Below, piece by piece: positions 1 to 13,075 of a stretch of 64,000 nucleotides of DNA. Below the pieces are notes generated by a model, which was not told where the DNA came from, made no database searches, and saw nothing but the letters and a program-made list of their open reading frames with translations. Made by a program: the position numbers and the translations under genes. The stretch is taken from NCBI RefSeq assembly GCF_009914755.1, contig NC_060939.1; one strand, 5' to 3'. The stretch's first letter is position 1. The number at the start of each line of letters is the position of its first letter. This DNA comes from the human T2T-CHM13v2.0 reference genome, Homo sapiens.

Positions 1-189
1 TAAAAAACAAGATCTTAAGATGGGCTGCAGGGGTCCCTCTGGGTCTGTGTCCTCCCTTAGCCCCCATGTCTTTTCCATTCTCCCTGCACTTTAATACTGC
101 CCTGCTGGTAGGTAACCACTCCCAGGCCTCCAACACAGCTGCCTTTGTCCATTCCCAGCCTTTGCGAACACAACTTTCTGTGCCTGACA

Positions 190-840
<651 letters not shown>

Positions 841-1057
841 GAGAACAAACTGTATTTTTAATCATAACTTACTCCCCACCTAAGAAGAAAAATCTTCTGT
901 TGTCTTCATATGTCCTTTAGCCTGGCGGGGAGCAGGGAGGAGGAGGGAGCTTGTGATTCCACAGGCGCTGTGGTTTGAATGTTCATGTCCCCTCCAAAAT
1001 TCATGTTGAATAAGAACATGGTAATATTAAAATATGGTGTAATATTTCATTGTAATA

Positions 1058-1400
1058 CAGGGCCCAGCTGACAATGTTTCAACTTTACCATAATGTAAAA
1101 GTGATATGCATTCAGTAGAAACTGTACTTAAAGTAACCATACAACCATTCTGTTTTTTACTTTTAGTACAGTATCAATAAATGACATGAGATAGTCAACA
1201 CTTTATTATAAAATAAGCCTTGTGTTGATGATTTTGCCACCTATAGGCTAATGTAAGTGTTTTGAGCACATGTAAGGTAGGCTAGGCTAAACTATACATG
1301 TTTGATAGGTTACACGTACTAAATGTATTTTTGACTTAATATTTTCAACTTACAATGGGTTTATCAGGACATAACGCCATTATAAGTTGAGGAACATCAG
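1058..1400 (-). mobile_element. TcMar-Tigger non-autonomous element (MER47A-like)
   Basis: Reverse complement reads 'ctgatgttcctcaacttataatggcgttatgtcctgataaacccattgtaagttgaaaatat...agcctagcctaccttac...', matching the recalled MER47A consensus; TA immediately 5' at 1056-1057. Confidence 0.8.
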
Positions 1401-1435
1401 AAGTATTAAGAGGTGGGGCCTTTAGAAGGTGATTA

Positions 1436-1780
<345 letters not shown>

Positions 1781-2104
1781 CTATCACATTTGCCATTTTT
1801 GTCCTTACATTCCTTTTGTCACGCGAGGGCACAGCATTCATCCCTTCTGAAGGATACAGTAACAAGGCACCATCTTAGAAGCAGAGTGCGGGCCCTCTCC
1901 AGACACCAAACCTGCTGGCTCCCTGATCTTGGACTTCTCAGCCTCCAGAACTGTGAAAAATACATTCTATTTTTTAAATAAATTATCCAGTCTATTCTAT
2001 TGTGTTACAGCAGCACAAATGGACTAAGACAACATATTATCAGTTTTAATGTATTAATCTTAAAACCATTCCTTATGCTCATCCATGTTCATTACATGTT
2101 TGTT

Positions 2105-2210
2105 GAAAGTAAATTTTGTGTGTATGTATATGGATTTTAATTATGTGGATTTTGTGAATTTTTAATCTTGTGAATTTTGTGAAAGTGAATTTCTGTGTGT
2201 GTGAATTTCA
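2105..2210. repeat. Degenerate low-complexity repeat of a tgtg(a/g)attt-like unit
   Basis: Recurrent gtgaattt/ggatttt units visible in the sequence. Confidence 0.55.
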
Positions 2211-3257
2211 AAAAACAGTAGTTTTTGAACATCTACTACCAGCTCTGCCCTAGGGGGTACACAGCAGGATTAAACATGCTCTCAACCTGCAAGGAGACAA
2301 GGCTGTCCTCGAGAATAGGATGTGAGCACTTGGGCAGGAGAATGCTGGAGCCAGAAGTCCAAGTATGGGGAAGAATGAACAGTAAAGAGGAACCACTGAA
2401 TCCAGTGGGGGACAGACAAGCTATCTCGGGGATAGGAAGGTAGGGCCAAGAACAAAAACTCAAGCCTTGAGTCCTGGGCTCCCTGAGGTCTAAGCAGAGG
2501 AAGAATAACAGCCCTCTAGAGTAGAGTACAAATTGCAGCTTAAAGGTCAGAGGCAGAAAAGACAATCACATTGGACAGTAAGAGATTCTCTAAGGGCAGT
2601 CTGGTTGGGCTCTAACTATCAAGAGGCAGGGGCCATTTCTACAACTCCTTCTATAACTCAATAAGTACTTTTCCACTGTTGAATTTTCACCAACTGATTG
2701 ACAAGAAGACATGAACAGGCTGGGAGCGGCCCTTAAGCCAGAGCAGATCCATTTCTTTCCATCAAGATAAGAACAGGAGGAGGGGCAATTCTCCACCCCT
2801 GCACCTCCAAAGTCAGCTCCCTGGGTGCTATCAAGCACCACCACATCAGTATTCCAACCCCAGAGTCCCTCCAAATACCCATGTAAACATTCATTTACAT
2901 TTAAATTGTGCTTCTCTGGATTCAGACTCTTTTCTCTGAAAACTCTAACAATCCAATTGTCAAGAAAACCAACATGTCATTTCTAAGCCTGGTGGTAGAG
3001 ACCTTCTCCTCCCCCAGGAAACCCCTTGTTCAGCAGGAAGCAGCTTCAGGTGTCCCTGTCTGGATGGGTTTAGTCAGCATCCCAGCACACTCAAGGACGA
3101 TCCTGAAAATATCTGTGCTCTTCAGTAGGGAAGGATGAGGGTCAAGGAAGTGTGCTAGCAAACCATTGCATTCATTTTAATGGGTAGAGAGAGAAGGGTA
3201 GTCAAGGAAAACTTTAGAGAAGAAAAGCCTTGTAAAAACTGCTGGAGGTGCTGGAAA

Positions 3258-3465
3258 GAGCTCTGCTCTGGAAGTAGAGCTGGCTTTGAATCCCAGCGTG
3301 GTGGCTTCTTAGCTTTCTGAGCTTCAGTTCTTCTACATCTCTATACAGCAAGGTCAAAGGGTTTCAATGACCTGGGCTAATATGTGCTTTCTACGGGTCT
3401 TGATGATTAAATGAAGCAATGTATATGAATATCCCTGGCACAAAGTAGACATTCAGGAAATGCTT
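3258..3465 (+). mobile_element. MIR SINE relic
   Basis: 'ggctttgaatcccagc...ctgagcttcagtt...gatgattaaatga...cctggcacaaagtagacattca'. Confidence 0.7.
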
Positions 3466-4479
3466 TTCCCTTCCTTGTGAAGGCTGGGAATGCTGATTGG
3501 TAGAAAGCAAGAGATAAGCACCCTCCTAGGAGGAAGGGACCAAACCATCAGGCAAACCATGGAGGGCTGGGCAGTGAAGGAATTTGCTTGTCAGTTTAAT
3601 GCCTTGAAATTTACTCAACTCAGTGAATACGGGGCTTCTTTGATCAGATCTTGGACTAAGAGTTCAAGGGCTGAACCAAAGGACAAAAGAAGGGGAAGAA
3701 AGCACTTCACCCAGCATGTGATTAATATGAAAAATGGGTCAAGCCTAGGGATGCGCTAAATCTATTCCCTCTGCAGTATCAGTGGGGTGTCCCCTTCCTA
3801 CTTACTAGAAACTAAACCAAGTCAAAGGAAGAAAATTGAGAAAACAAAGAAAGGGCTAGGAGAAAAACAATTAACACAAGCACTTCAGGTTCTGCATACA
3901 CGAGTCAGAACTCCCACACTCAAGCAGGCCTTGGTGTCATAGATTCCAGATTGCAACTTTAGCACACAGCCAAACTATTAGGTCAGTCTTCTTGAGGATC
4001 TCACATGGCTAAGGAGTATTCTTTCTAACAGATATTTAAAACCCAAATGCTTTCAACAACCTTCAGCCAATATCAGCATAGCATCTGGTTGGCCAAGATG
4101 CCTTCATGTACCCACCTCTTGTCAGCCAGCCCGACAATCACCTTCGGTGGAAGGAAGAAGAATCCTTCTCACTAGATATTTTGGGAGTGGGTTAGATGAA
4201 GAAATTGGGACACAGCGAAGAACCTGGCCAAGAAGCATGAAAAGCTGATATTATTACTGTTCTCCTTGAATGTGATGTTGAAACCTGTCCCATCTCAGGG
4301 TGCTCATTTCCTCATTAGTAAAACAAAGATGTTACCCATGTAGCTCACACATGTCTGGGCCAGGAGTAACAGGGGCTTACATCCATGTAGCCCCCAAGCA
4401 TATTGACATCCTTTTTTTTTTTTTTTTTTTTTTAAGACCTTCACAATATTGTTGAAAGGAAAGCCGGGAAAATGGCAGT

Positions 4480-4570
4480 TTCTCCCCTTCACAGCTGAGG
4501 CATCTGAAATTCAGAGAATTTAAGTGTCTTCTGAAGAGCAAGTCAGGAGTAGAACTGGCCCCAATCCCAA
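4480..4570 (-). mobile_element. MIR fragment
   Basis: 'cttcacagctgaggcatctgaaattcagagaatttaagtgtctt' core-like segment. Confidence 0.5.
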
Positions 4571-5129
4571 TGCCCATTCCACTCCAACCCACTGCCAATT
4601 TTTTGCTATAAAAATGCAATTGATTGTAAAGTATTCATAAAATATGGTGTTTCTTTTTATATAATTTTATTGTTTCTCATTTTAACCAAAGTATTGCATA
4701 TTCATCATAGAAAATTTAGAAAGAACAAATAAGTAAAGGGAAGAAAATCATGATTACCCATAACTTCACTGAAATATAATGTTGTTTGAAGAACAAGTAA
4801 AAAGACAATATGCCACTGTACTAATCACCTAATATTCAATCCTGAGATCACCAAAGATGATAGGGTTCAACAGTTACATCGGGCAGCAACCAGAGACTGT
4901 GCTCTTGGGGAGAGAGACGCTCATGAGGGGAGGGGTGGCAGCAGTTAAAGGAAAAAGTAGGGTCAGAGTTTTAATGCAGACAGATCCGTATGCTGTGGGG
5001 AAAGGCCAGTGGAGAGGGACGCAGCTGCTCCTCCAACAGGGAAAGGAGAAGACAGCTGGAGTGACCCCCCTCTCAAGAGGTAGGGCCCATGTGGAGAAAC
5101 AGCACCACTGACTTTTTGTCCATATTATC

Positions 5130-5950
5130 AGGCCAGGCACAGGGTGGAAGAGGGGAGAGATGGTGACGGGTCTCTGGAAGTTCTTTACTGATTTCCTCCT
5201 TGTGAAATTGTTTTCTTTAGCGATGTAGAAGGCAAGGTCTATCTGAAAGTGTAAGGAAGATATCTGAGGGTTTCAGGAGACAAGGAGAGAGTAGAAACAG
5301 TTGTCTCCAAGAAAGAGAGAAAAAACAGCAGTGAGGGCTCTGGTGAAGACCTCAATTTGGTCTTATGTTTTCTCCAGCTGCACAGGCATAGCCTTGGAGT
5401 AGATAATGAGTTGGATATCATCAGCCTTGTGGCTAAGCAAGCCAGAATGAAGAACCAGGAGAGAAACTAGGAAGGTGGAGGTGTGCAAAGGAAGTGAAAT
5501 GGTAAGGAAAAAATAGAAGGCTTCTGGAAATTTCGAGAGAGACATAATGTTGGTGGATTCATGGCTAATAGGTGAAGAACGGCTATTGGAGCTGGTGTAG
5601 AAAAGCATGTGAGCTAGAAAGAGAGAAGGAGTGGTCAGGAGATGTTTAAAATTGTGATTGCTGGCGGCACTGCAGTTATTAGTAATGACAAGGTCTAGGC
5701 TTTGACCTTGAAAGTGAGCAGGTGAATTAGGGTAGGATAGAATCATCAGCAAGACAAGATCAGGGAATTGAGAGGGCCTAGAAAAATAAAGATTATTTAA
5801 TTCACTTTAAAAAATGTATTGGGAGCATCATGTATATTTATAATGAAATTACCAAGAATTAAGATGGAATAGTGTTGGAGACTGTAAAGTGACACAGAAC
5901 TTAAATTGTGGAGAAAATGTGGTAGCGACCCAAAGATAAGGAGATGGCTT
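5130..5950 (-). mobile_element. L2 LINE ORF2 fossil including endonuclease (APE) region
   Basis: ORF 5363-5752 contains 'PAHFQGQSLDLVITNNCS' (L2/CR1 'TH..GHTLDLVIT' motif); 5841-5858 on - reads ILGNFI (degenerate ILGDFN). Confidence 0.8.
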
Positions 5951-6027
5951 TGCACTATACATTACTGGGTATTGGATCTTGGAACCCTGACATTCAAAAG
6001 CACTTATATGTGAGGTTACTTAATTTG

Positions 6028-6338
<311 letters not shown>

Positions 6339-6582
6339 TAATTTGAAATTATTTAGGAATAGAAATTTTTTTCCAATGGATTAAAAAAGCAAATAAATGA
6401 GCAAAGAATATAAAATCTTAAAATGTATACATTCTCAGCATCCTCTGTTGAAGAAATTCCATCGTTTTAAGGTGTAGAGCTTCCTCGGAAGAGTAATGAG
6501 TTTGGTTACTGCAGACATTTAAATTGCTGGTGATCACCCTGAACTAGTGGAAGTTTTGTTAGAACAGGTCAATTTCCTTTAA

Positions 6583-7132
<550 letters not shown>

Positions 7133-7314
7133 GGGAGATGCTTCTTAAACTCAGATGTGGAGGGTGAACATGAGGACAAACTTGCAAAAACATGCCAGGG
7201 AATATCATTACAAAGATGTAAGAGTAACAGACTTAGAAGTTCAGAGAGTGACAACTAGCTCCCAGCACGTTGAAGAGAAGATACCATGAGGATAGGTAAA
7301 AGAAGAGTCTAGAA

Positions 7315-7385
7315 CAGTAGTTCTCAATCCTTAGCTTGCAATAGCAACAACTAGGTTGCTTGTTGAAATGCAGGTCTCTCCCGAT
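7315..7385. mobile_element. hAT-Charlie MITE fragment (MER5-like)
   Basis: 'cagtagttctcaatcct...gcttgttgaaatgcag' terminal motif. Confidence 0.5.
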
Positions 7386-8749
7386 CTGATGCACGCCAGC
7401 TTACTACTTCACGAACTCCTCGTCTAAAGAAGTAGACAATGCCAGCGCACGATGGGCTCGGGGCATGGTACAGAGCTTAGATTTTAATCTCTACAAGATG
7501 GGAAATTATTGAAGCATTTCTCACCAAATGTACCAGAGGAAAAACAAGTGTGTCTTCATGGCTAAATGTATTTCAAATCCACATTTTCCCCCTCTTAGCC
7601 TAAGCAAGGAGCTTTCCAATATTCCAGGAAACTATAACCTTCCTTAGTATCATTAACAGACATTAGAAATAGGATCCAGCCCACAGGAGGTTCCTAATAA
7701 ATGCTAAATAAATAAATAATAAGTAAATAAAATGTAATAGGGTTTATATAATACTGTCACCTCCACTCAATATCATTCCAAACTTAATATTGCTTTCTTT
7801 TAAAGGCCTTATATATTCCTAAAGTTCCTTTTCAAACTCTAAACCCATTCAGAAAGCCTTTGGATTCAGCATGCCTTCCTTCACCAAATTTATAGGAAGG
7901 ACAATCTTGAGCCATCTGGTGCCTATTTAATTTTTAACCACCTCTCCCTTGAAATATTTCTTTCTTCATTCTTATTTTGTCCTAAAAACTTGGCTATGAG
8001 CTAAACTGCACCATCTGTGACTTCCAGTAAATACAACTGTTGCTAATGAAATTACCCAGTTTCATCATTTTGATTTAAATGCCTTGCCTGTTTTTCTTCT
8101 GACCTTTCGTTGCTTGCCATCAAACTCAAGCTTTTGTGAATTCAGATACATACGTCCATGTAGGTCAGTCTTGAGGAATAAATCTTCTCTGTGAAGCACA
8201 AGAACCTGGGCCAAGCCCGCTCAGCAGGCTGACATGGGAGGTGGGGGCCGGGGCTGTGCAGAGAAATATAGATGGCACTTGTGCCCGTCCGCTCAATGTG
8301 CGCAGGGCCCCAGGGCAGACCCCCGCCATGTGACCAAGTGGCCACTCGGTCTGGCTCTCCGGCCTCCCATTTGTTAGGATGCTGACGATATTAATGAGTT
8401 GGGGTGTTGGAGCCCATTCCTTGGCCTTTGGTGTCGGTTCCTCCCTGCACAGGAGTGCCTGACCTGATTGAAGAAAAGGAAAGTTCAGAGATTCTAAACT
8501 TTGCCCAAGTGGAGGGAAGGCCTTCCAGAAAAGGAGATACTTTTGAAGAAATCAGGTCCTTTCACTGCCCAGGACAATGCTTTCATTTAGGTAGCAAACC
8601 ACTGTCTTTATCATGGCCCCATCAAGGGAATAAAAGAGAATGAAATAGACATTCGTCCATCAAGTCATTCAGTCATCAAATTGTTATCAGTACTATTGTC
8701 AACTATATCAGATAATTAAATAGTGGAGGGTATTATTAGTACTTGCATT

Positions 8750-8925
8750 AGCTAACATTTATTGAGTCTTCACTGTGTAGCACGCACTGTGCTATGCCCC
8801 TTACCTAATCAGTTCATTTAATCCTCATAACAATCCTATGGCTGGGAACTGTTATTATTCCCACATGACAGTGAAGAAGTGAGGCTTAAAGAGGTTAAGC
8901 CACTTGTCCAGAGTCCCACAGATTC
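8750..8925 (-). mobile_element. MIR SINE
   Basis: 'agctaacatttattgag...tcatttaatcctcataacaatcctatg...gaggcttaaagaggttaagccacttgtcc'. Confidence 0.85.
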
Positions 8926-8961
8926 TAACTCATGCTCATAAACTTGCTGCTTTATTACTTT

Positions 8962-9270
8962 GCATTTACTGGTGCTCTCTTGCTTGCCAGATACTGTGCT
9001 GGGAACTGGGGATGCAAAAATGACAACGATGTAGTCCTTGCCCACTTTCCAGGGAAGCAAGAGATAAAAATGCAAATACACCATCTGAGTGAAGCTACAA
9101 CAAAGTAGGAAAAATATTCTGGGGTCGCAGAAAGAGAAGGGATTCTGTCTGGGGAAGCCAAGGAAAGATTCACAGCAAGGAGACATGAGATCTAGGTTCG
9201 AAGGGAGATGGCAGCCCTGGCAGAAGGAAAGAGGCATCCAAAGGAGTGGAAGTGTATGAAAAGCGAGCCA
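8962..9270 (-). mobile_element. L2 3' relic
   Basis: 'catttactggtgc...tgccagatactgtgctgggaactggggatgcaaaaatgac...gtccttgcc'. Confidence 0.7.
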
Positions 9271-10052
9271 AGGGGAAGCAGCTTCTGCGGGGGTGGGGAT
9301 GGGTGGGAGGGTTAAAGGACTGGGAGGTGTCCTTGCCCAGACTGAAGAGACTCGGATGGTGGGGGGAGTCAGCCCCACAACTTTACACCAAAACTGTCTG
9401 TCACTGGGTCTCTACAATCACCAGAGGGTGGGGTGGAAGTGGGGTGGAAGGTAGGGATGGAATAGAAGGTGTGTCCAAGGCAGCCCAGCACATCTGGCTA
9501 GCATTTAGCCTAAGAAGCAGCAGGACTCACCTTTCATTACTGAATTTTCATTAGCCTTAAGGACTCACCCACACCCTCAAGGTGGTTAAACACTCAGGAC
9601 AGTGAGGAGATACCCAACAGGCCCAAAGGGGGTTAAGCTGTAGCCCCACATCTCCCCGATTATCCTCTATCTTCACTTTAATCTCTGCCTCTCTTCTAAC
9701 ATCAGGATGCTGCTCCTAATGACAAGGAAGGAGATCTGTAAGTAAAAGCTGTTTTTAGTTCCACCGATAGTAAAGATACGTTCATTCTCTGTGTGTTGTC
9801 AATGTAGTATGACTTCGGTGAAGACAAAATCTCCACAATCCCAAACGCACCCCCACTGATTCTATCATCACTTTCAACATCGCTTCCTTCTTAGGACCAG
9901 GCTTTAAAGGCTAATGCTGATAAGAGAACCCTACCGGGGAGGGCTGACACCAGGAACAACTTCATCAGGAGCATGCAGCAGATCAGCCAATCTCCTCCTA
10001 GGGCCCTGGGGAAAGGGATAGGTGGGACCAAAAAAGCTTTGTTGTCCCGGAA

Positions 10053-10287
10053 CAAGGGTCAGTAAACATTTTCTCTAGAGGACCTGACAGTAAATATTTT
10101 AGGCTCTGTGGGCCACTTGGGTCTTTGTCACAACTACATAACTCTGCTGTTGCAGCATCAACACAGCCATGGACAACGTGTGAATGAATGAATGAATGAA
10201 TGTGACTGTGCTCCAATAAAACTTTATTTGCAAAAATTGGGCATGCAGGCTAGATTTGGTCCACTGGCCATAGTTTGCTAACCACTG
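10053..10287 (+). mobile_element. hAT-Charlie MITE (MER58A-like)
   Basis: TIR-like ends caagggtcagtaaac / gtttgctaaccactg; internal 'agtaaatattttaggctctgtgggcca' and 'ccaataaaactttattt'. Confidence 0.88.
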
Positions 10288-11319
10288 AGACAGGTCAATG
10301 GGCACCTGCACAGAGAAATAGGATGCCAATCTGAAAAGAGCTCATGGGATGCTCAAAGTGGGATCTACCTAATTAATTTGGTTGCGGTCAGCCCCCAAAC
10401 ATGTTACAGCTCCCCGAGGGTGCTCCTGGGAACAGTCCCCTTTTCTGACCTCCAAAACACATCCTCAGTGTCATCCTGGCTTCATTCCTCATTTTCAATT
10501 AATCCAATCTACCACTAATGCTGTGGGGTGATAGCATTTTCAATTAATCCAATCTACTGCTATTTCCTCCAATGAAATCTCTAAAACCATATAAAGCTCA
10601 GGAGCTTAAGAAATATGTTCATAGTTATCTACACAGAAGTAACTGACAAAGCCAGGACTGAAATCAAGTATGTCAGACACTAAAAACAGATGAATATCCT
10701 CACTGCATCTTTACTTTCCAAAAGCCCCTGGGAAATATGTTTGGCATAAAGCCGTCCATGGCAGCCTTACACAGCATCTCTGGGAACCCTTCCCAATGAC
10801 CCTCACCTTCTGTACTCATAGCTGGACCCCCTGCCGACCCCAAGGGAGATACTCAAGAAATAAGACCCGTTTTTAAATATAAGTGCAGGTGGTTGTGGGT
10901 GCTGGGATTCTAGGCATGCAGTCAAACTGTACTAAGTAAATAGATAAGTCAGAATGTGAGCTTTTAAATCAAAGGTGTGAGTTTAAAAGTAACTTTATAA
11001 GAAAGTTAAATCAAAAGTTAAAGTAAAATTTTTATATTAAGAGCAGGGTCTGAAACAAGTGTCTATGGGTCAGCAGGAGAAAAAAACTATTATTTTATAA
11101 TAGCTGAACTTTAATGATACACACGTGGTCAACTAATGAAAATGTTTGAGGTGGCTTAAACATACATGTAAGTGATTAATACAGGGGTAAAAGAATTAGC
11201 TTAAGTAGCAAAAGGGGAGAGATGCTTGAACCATGCTGCCAGAGAGTTCATGATCACATGAGGTAATCACAATCGCTTAGGCCTCAACAACACTGTTCTC
11301 TCTGGCGCAAAACTCTAAA

Positions 11320-11507
11320 GCTGTGGCCCTCAAAACTTAGGGTGCCCAAGAATGACCTGGAAGGCCTACGTTAAACAAATGACTGGGATCCCTCTGCAGA
11401 TTCTGACACAGTAGGTCCTGCCTGGAACCTAGAAATCATTGTTTTCAACACACATTCCTGGTAGTTTTGATGAAGATGGTTTAGTGATCATCTATGAGAA
11501 ATGCTGA
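11320..11507. mobile_element. hAT-Charlie MITE (MER5-like)
   Basis: 'agattctgacacagtaggtc...cctagaaatc...ttttcaaca...ggtagttttgatg...tgagaaatgctg'. Confidence 0.7.
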
Positions 11508-11999
11508 TTTTCGAGAACTTCATGGCAGGCTCTCTGAACAACACAATCATCATCATTATCTCTAGAAGAAACTTAAGCAAAGAAATATTCTTTGAGTGAC
11601 TTCTCAAAAAGCTCAATCCTTGGTAAAACATGGAGGACAGAGGATTCTATCACTGCCCTGGGAGGATGTTTCCATCAGGAACTAAGGAAGTTTAGTGCAG
11701 ATATTACCTTTCTGGTAATCCCACCCTCTTCAGAGATGGAGCTTGGAGAGCCTAGGAGAATGTATGGTTGGTTTCAGATCTTCATGTTGGGTCTCCACGT
11801 TGCCTCCAGAAGAGTGATTCAGTCTGGCATCTCTCCACAATATAAGGCCACATGCTTCCCAACTGGATGGTCAAGACATTGGGGTCACAGGGTCCTCTTT
11901 CTCCTCTACTCTTTACATCTTGCCATAGCCCCTAATAAATCTAATTCCTCTAAGCACCACTCTGCTCTCCCCTCTGAATGCCTACTGCTCCGGGTGTCC

Positions 12000-12335
12000 T
12001 CTGTGTACCCTAGTCTCTCCCTAGCCCACCTCTCTGTGCCCAAGAGACAGAGCACAAGGATCCCACCAACACCTCCTGTGCCTTCTAAGCTCTGGGTTCC
12101 CTTTCTACTGGGTCAAAGGGTGGCACCAGCTGCAGTTATTCCTCTGCCAAAGGCCAGGGTTCTGAATGGCCATCCTCTCCGGGTTGTAGTGACCGCCCTC
12201 TCCTGTCCCTCTGCAAGCCCAAGAGGTAACAGTTCCCCCACTGATTTTAGCCCTAGGGTAGGGCACTTCCTTTGGTGGTGGTCTTTCACCTTACTCATGC
12301 TTTTGTAAATAGTCCTGCTCCTCAATTTCCCCATG
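12000..12335 (+). mobile_element. Probable old ERVL-class solo LTR remnant (family uncertain)
   Basis: 'ggtaacagttccccc...agccctagggt...cttttgtaaatagtcc' resembles the 3' part of old ERVL LTRs. Confidence 0.45.
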
Positions 12336-12689
12336 CTATGAGCATGGAAAGAGAGATGAAGCTATACTACCCAAGAAACAAAAAGGGACCTACTTCACAG
12401 TAATTAAAGAAACCCTCATGTATCCAGGAAAGGTAACAATATTATTATGTAGAAAGGGAGCAACTGAAAACAAAATCATTAGCGGAACTTCATGCCACAA
12501 TTCTAGCAACTATCCCTGCTTCTGTGTGTCTAGGCTTTAAATGAGATAATTAATATAAGAGCATATTAAATCTTATTTTTAAAAGGGTTAAAAGTAGTAA
12601 ATACCTAAAGGAGTGAATCGTGTAAGCAAAACCAATTTTTCTCATCTGTAAAACTAATTATTTTTATTATTATCCTTCAATTTGAACAG

Positions 12690-12865
12690 TTTACCAGGTG
12701 CTCTTAAATGTGTCTTCTTATTTGATGTGTCCCTTACACCAGCCTTGGAAAGGGGTAGGATTTTTCCCCTTTATAATATGGAGAATTGTGCTCTGAAAGT
12801 TTAAGGCATTTGCTCACAAACTCACATAAGTGATCCAGGCAGATGTTCCGGGCTCTACCCACCAT
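12690..12865 (-). mobile_element. MIR relic
   Basis: 'ttaccaggtgctcttaaatg...cctttataatatggagaattgtgctctgaaagtttaaggcatttgctcac'. Confidence 0.55.
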
Positions 12866-12892
12866 ATAAGCCTAATTCAGGGGAGGTTTGCA

Positions 12893-13075
12893 GTTGTGGT
12901 GGCCAATAGGTTTCACACAAACAGTCAGTTTGCATTGGTTGGTAGTAACTGTGATGTGTTGAAAAGATTCTGAGGCTATCTGGACTCAAGAGAAAACAGT
13001 ATCTCAACTAGCAATGTCTGGCAAGACACAGAATTGAGGAGCAATACCATGCCTCCTACGGATTTTCTGCCTTGA
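12893..13075. mobile_element. hAT-Charlie MITE (MER117-like)
   Basis: 'ggccaataggtttca...ttggtagt...gtgttgaaaagattctgaggc...tagcaatgtctggca' matches recalled consensus. Confidence 0.55.

Noticed and set aside
10490-10557. Repeat-spacer-repeat resembling a mini CRISPR
   Set aside because: Only two repeats, in primate DNA, with no cas genes; a local duplication explains it
11592-12308. 238-aa ORF on + strand
   Set aside because: TTG start, no recognisable domain, overlaps a probable LTR remnant, no exon or promoter context
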